A DNA stretch of 20,000 nucleotides, taken from Trichomonas gallinae. Lineage: Eukaryota. The position numbers and the translations under genes are program-made. The stretch's first letter is position 1. Each line of letters begins with the position of its first letter. The stretch covers positions 50,323 through 70,322 of the forward strand of contig MRSU01002291.1 in NCBI GenBank assembly GCA_008369845.1, in the 5' to 3' direction. Below, in pieces: positions 17,681 to 20,000 of this stretch. The notes under the pieces were generated by a model. That model ran no database searches, had not been told where the DNA came from, and saw only the letters and a list, made by a program, of their open reading frames with translations.

Positions 17681-19171
17681 TTATTTGTGCATGTTAACAA
17701 AGTTGATTTGGTTCTCGGACATGAATAAGATGTCACGAGTCTTCTCCATTGGTTTGTTATCAACCAAAACCTCACCACCGATGAGTGACATTGAGTATGT
17801 TGGCCTCTTTCCTTCAACGATGCGTCTGAACTCCCATGATACTATAGCAGTTCCAATTGTCGCGACTAACGATACAATCTTAGCTCCTCTGCACTCGAAC
17901 TTCACTGAGCTGAAGACAGGGATGTCGCCATTATGGTATTTAGCGAGCAACTGCTGATGCTCCGGCTGTATCAAAAGTCTCATGCACGGCGGCTTCTCTT
18001 TGCCCATCGACGAATCGAACGCGAGTTTTCCTGATGATGGGATTCTCGTGTTGATGAGGGAGACATAGTATGGTGATGTAGCAGCAACCCACTCTTCGTC
18101 AGGTGAAACATCAATGAAAGTGATTGGTTGGTCGCCGACATTAACTTGGAAATTGACTGTCGCGCGATTCTTGCATGGTGCAGAATAGAGCCTTAATATA
18201 CCATTCGCTGCGCCCATTGCGAGCTTGCCTGATGATGTGGCCTTGCCTGCTGTGAATTTGTTGTCTGTCTTGTAGTCTGATTTCTCGGCGAGCTGCTCAA
18301 TTCTTGGATCGAATCTTAAAGTGTTGCGAGAATTAAATCCGATGAATGTTGACTCTTCGTTTCCATCAGATGCTGGCATGATTTTGAGGACTGTCTGTGG
18401 TGCACCGCAGTATGATGTGTCAAAGTGGCTAATTACGTCACCGCGATTTAAATCTAAATTGTAGATTGTTTTCTCGTTCTTTGTATCTAAAAGATAAACA
18501 GATTGGTTATCATTGAATCTGAGCATATCCTTGGCAAGGAGTGTTGAGCCTAAATCTGACTCGAGATTTGGAATCGATTGCATAAATTTGCAATTGTTGT
18601 TTAGATCGAACATACCGATGGAGCACTTCGTGTCATATGTACGGAGGACCAAAGCATCGCCTCTCTTTTCGCTTGATTGAAGAATAACATTTCTTCCTGT
18701 GTCGCTTCTTCCTACAGTGTTGAATTCGACTGGCTTAGAAACAGGCTCATCTGCTGTTGGCTGCTGGTCATCAAGAGAAAGATAAGAAATGAATCTTAAG
18801 ATTTCTGGAGCATCAGATTCGTCAACTGGGCGCTTTTCAGTGTATTCTAGGCAGATCTTTGTATATGCTTGAACAAAAGCAGACAAATCACGCTCAGTAT
18901 TAAAGACAAGAGCAAAATTATGAATCCTTTCAGCAAAACGAACGTCAAAGAAGAGTTTGCGTTCAGCAGTAATGAATTGAACGTTTAATGCTTCTCTCAC
19001 GTTTGCTTCAAGAACAACTTCCTGCGAGATTGTCTGGATAAGTTGAAATCTTCCGTCAAAATCGCGTTTTTGGAAAATTTTGATTTCGAAGTCAGTGCCA
19101 TGGTCCCTGACAGAGCTCTCCATGAACTGGTAAACATGGACTTTAGAGCTGACAATAAGATTGTATGTCAT
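17681..19171 (-). CDS. VID27: Vacuolar import and degradation protein VID27-like (PH-like domain + beta-propeller)
   Basis: IYNLDLNRGDVI, LRFDPR, YKTDNKFTAGKATSSGKLAMGAANGILRLY and GDQPITFIDVSPDEEWVAAT match the VID27 C-terminal domain. ATG at 19171 (19174 is TTG). Confidence 0.88.
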   Translation of the reverse strand: MTYNLIVSSKVHVYQFMESSVRDHGTDFEIKIFQKRDFDGRFQLIQTISQEVVLEANVREALNVQFITAERKLFFDVRFAERIHNFALVFNTERDLSAFVQAYTKICLEYTEKRPVDESDAPEILRFISYLSLDDQQPTADEPVSKPVEFNTVGRSDTGRNVILQSSEKRGDALVLRTYDTKCSIGMFDLNNNCKFMQSIPNLESDLGSTLLAKDMLRFNDNQSVYLLDTKNEKTIYNLDLNRGDVISHFDTSYCGAPQTVLKIMPASDGNEESTFIGFNSRNTLRFDPRIEQLAEKSDYKTDNKFTAGKATSSGKLAMGAANGILRLYSAPCKNRATVNFQVNVGDQPITFIDVSPDEEWVAATSPYYVSLINTRIPSSGKLAFDSSMGKEKPPCMRLLIQPEHQQLLAKYHNGDIPVFSSVKFECRGAKIVSLVATIGTAIVSWEFRRIVEGKRPTYSMSLIGGEVLVDNKPMEKTRDILFMSENQINFVNMHK

Positions 19172-19185
19172 CAAAATTGTTTGAT

Positions 19186-19214
19186 GTCACTTTTATCACC
19201 TCAACTGTCACTTT
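19186..19214 (-). promoter_or_regulatory. Two exact AAAGTGAC motifs upstream of VID27
   Basis: gtcacttt at 19186-19193 and 19207-19214. Confidence 0.65.
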
Positions 19215-19375
19215 TTAGATTTTTTCCCAATTTATTCACTTTTTGACAAATTCTTACTGATCCTAATACTTATACCATAAGATCACTATATCTATTTATA
19301 CTTTTGTTTAGTACGATTTTTGTCAAGGCTCTTTGGATCATCAAATTATCTATAGATATTTTGACGAAAAGTAAC

Positions 19376-19392
19376 TATATCTGACATGTAAA
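19376..19392 (+). repeat. 17-bp exact copy of window positions 90-106 (TATATCTGACATGTAAA)
   Basis: Direct sequence identity; lies about 205-220 bp upstream of the VID27 ATG. Confidence 0.7.
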
Positions 19393-20000
19393 CAACACAA
19401 ATATCCTATAAAGATGACAATCCGTCAAGTAAAATTATTACCATACCTTCTTCTCGAATGATTTAAATGGCTTATTTTTTATTATTTGATAATAATTACT
19501 TTCTAATCGCTTTAACTAATTAGAGGTAGCACTCTGTTGGCAACAAATACAATAGTTTTAATGTTTTAATATTTAAGGCAATAACTACTGGAGTATATGT
19601 GAAAAAACGAGCTCACTTTTTCACCTAACCGAAAAAAGGTCTCAATTTTTTTCACCCACTTCTATTTCATGAGGAATAAATGGGTTTTTGAGTCTTTGCA
19701 TTATACAGACATATGTAGCATGATCTGGAAATGATGCTTATAGTGTTTAAAAGCGTTCATCGAAAAAAAATTGAATTGAATCGAAAAAATAACAAGCTTA
19801 TAAATGCTTGTTGATTGTTTACTCATTGGGCAATGATGCAGTATGACAATGTCTATCAGATGATATAGGTAGAAGTTGAATTATCAATAGTAAATAATGA
19901 AGAATATTAAATCAATTTTTAAATATAGAATTAAAGGATTTAATTATGGTATTAGAATTTGTATACTGTACAGCATCAACTATAGTTCTTACAGTCATTT

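Noticed and set aside
543..19171. Apparent ubiquitin/proteasome/endosome gene cluster (CUE, Rpn12, VID27, TBL1, FKBP15-like)
   Set aside because: The genes are independently oriented, monocistronic and interspersed with unrelated genes. These categories are large enough for chance co-location.
19912..20000. Minus-strand frame open from the window edge (MTVRTIVDAVQYTNSNTIIKSFNSIFKN*)
   Set aside because: Could be the 3' end of a gene or pseudogene outside the window, but it is too short to support.
1..20000. Spliceosomal introns, tRNA/rRNA/snRNA genes, CRISPR arrays, transposase ORFs
   Set aside because: No ACTAACACACAG-type intron 3' motif, cloverleaf or snRNA signature, regular repeat-spacer array or DDE ORF was noticed on either strand.

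Overview
AT-rich, intron-free, gene-dense eukaryotic DNA. It is most likely Trichomonas vaginalis or a close parabasalid relative (inference from TCA(T/C)T initiators near ATGs, AAAGTGAC and Myb-like promoter motifs, TAAA overlapping some stop codons, and short hydrophobic signal peptides). It holds 12 probable genes: a CUE-domain protein, a VIT-vWA (VWA5A-like) protein, a coiled-coil protein with FAM21/FKBP15-like motifs, two type-I membrane proteins, a thioredoxin, a TMEM151-like membrane protein, Rpn12, RPS27, a TBL1-like LisH-WD40 protein, an SLC35F6-like transporter and VID27. The main non-coding signals are a 311-bp MITE-like element (32-bp terminal inverted repeats, internal TTGGAAT array) just upstream of a gene, and a TGACAYGTAAA motif found in four intergenic regions. 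There are also paired AAAGTGAC motifs at several gene starts and a possible small pseudogene. No tRNA, rRNA, CRISPR array or transposase gene was seen. Protein family calls come from remembered motifs, not database searches.
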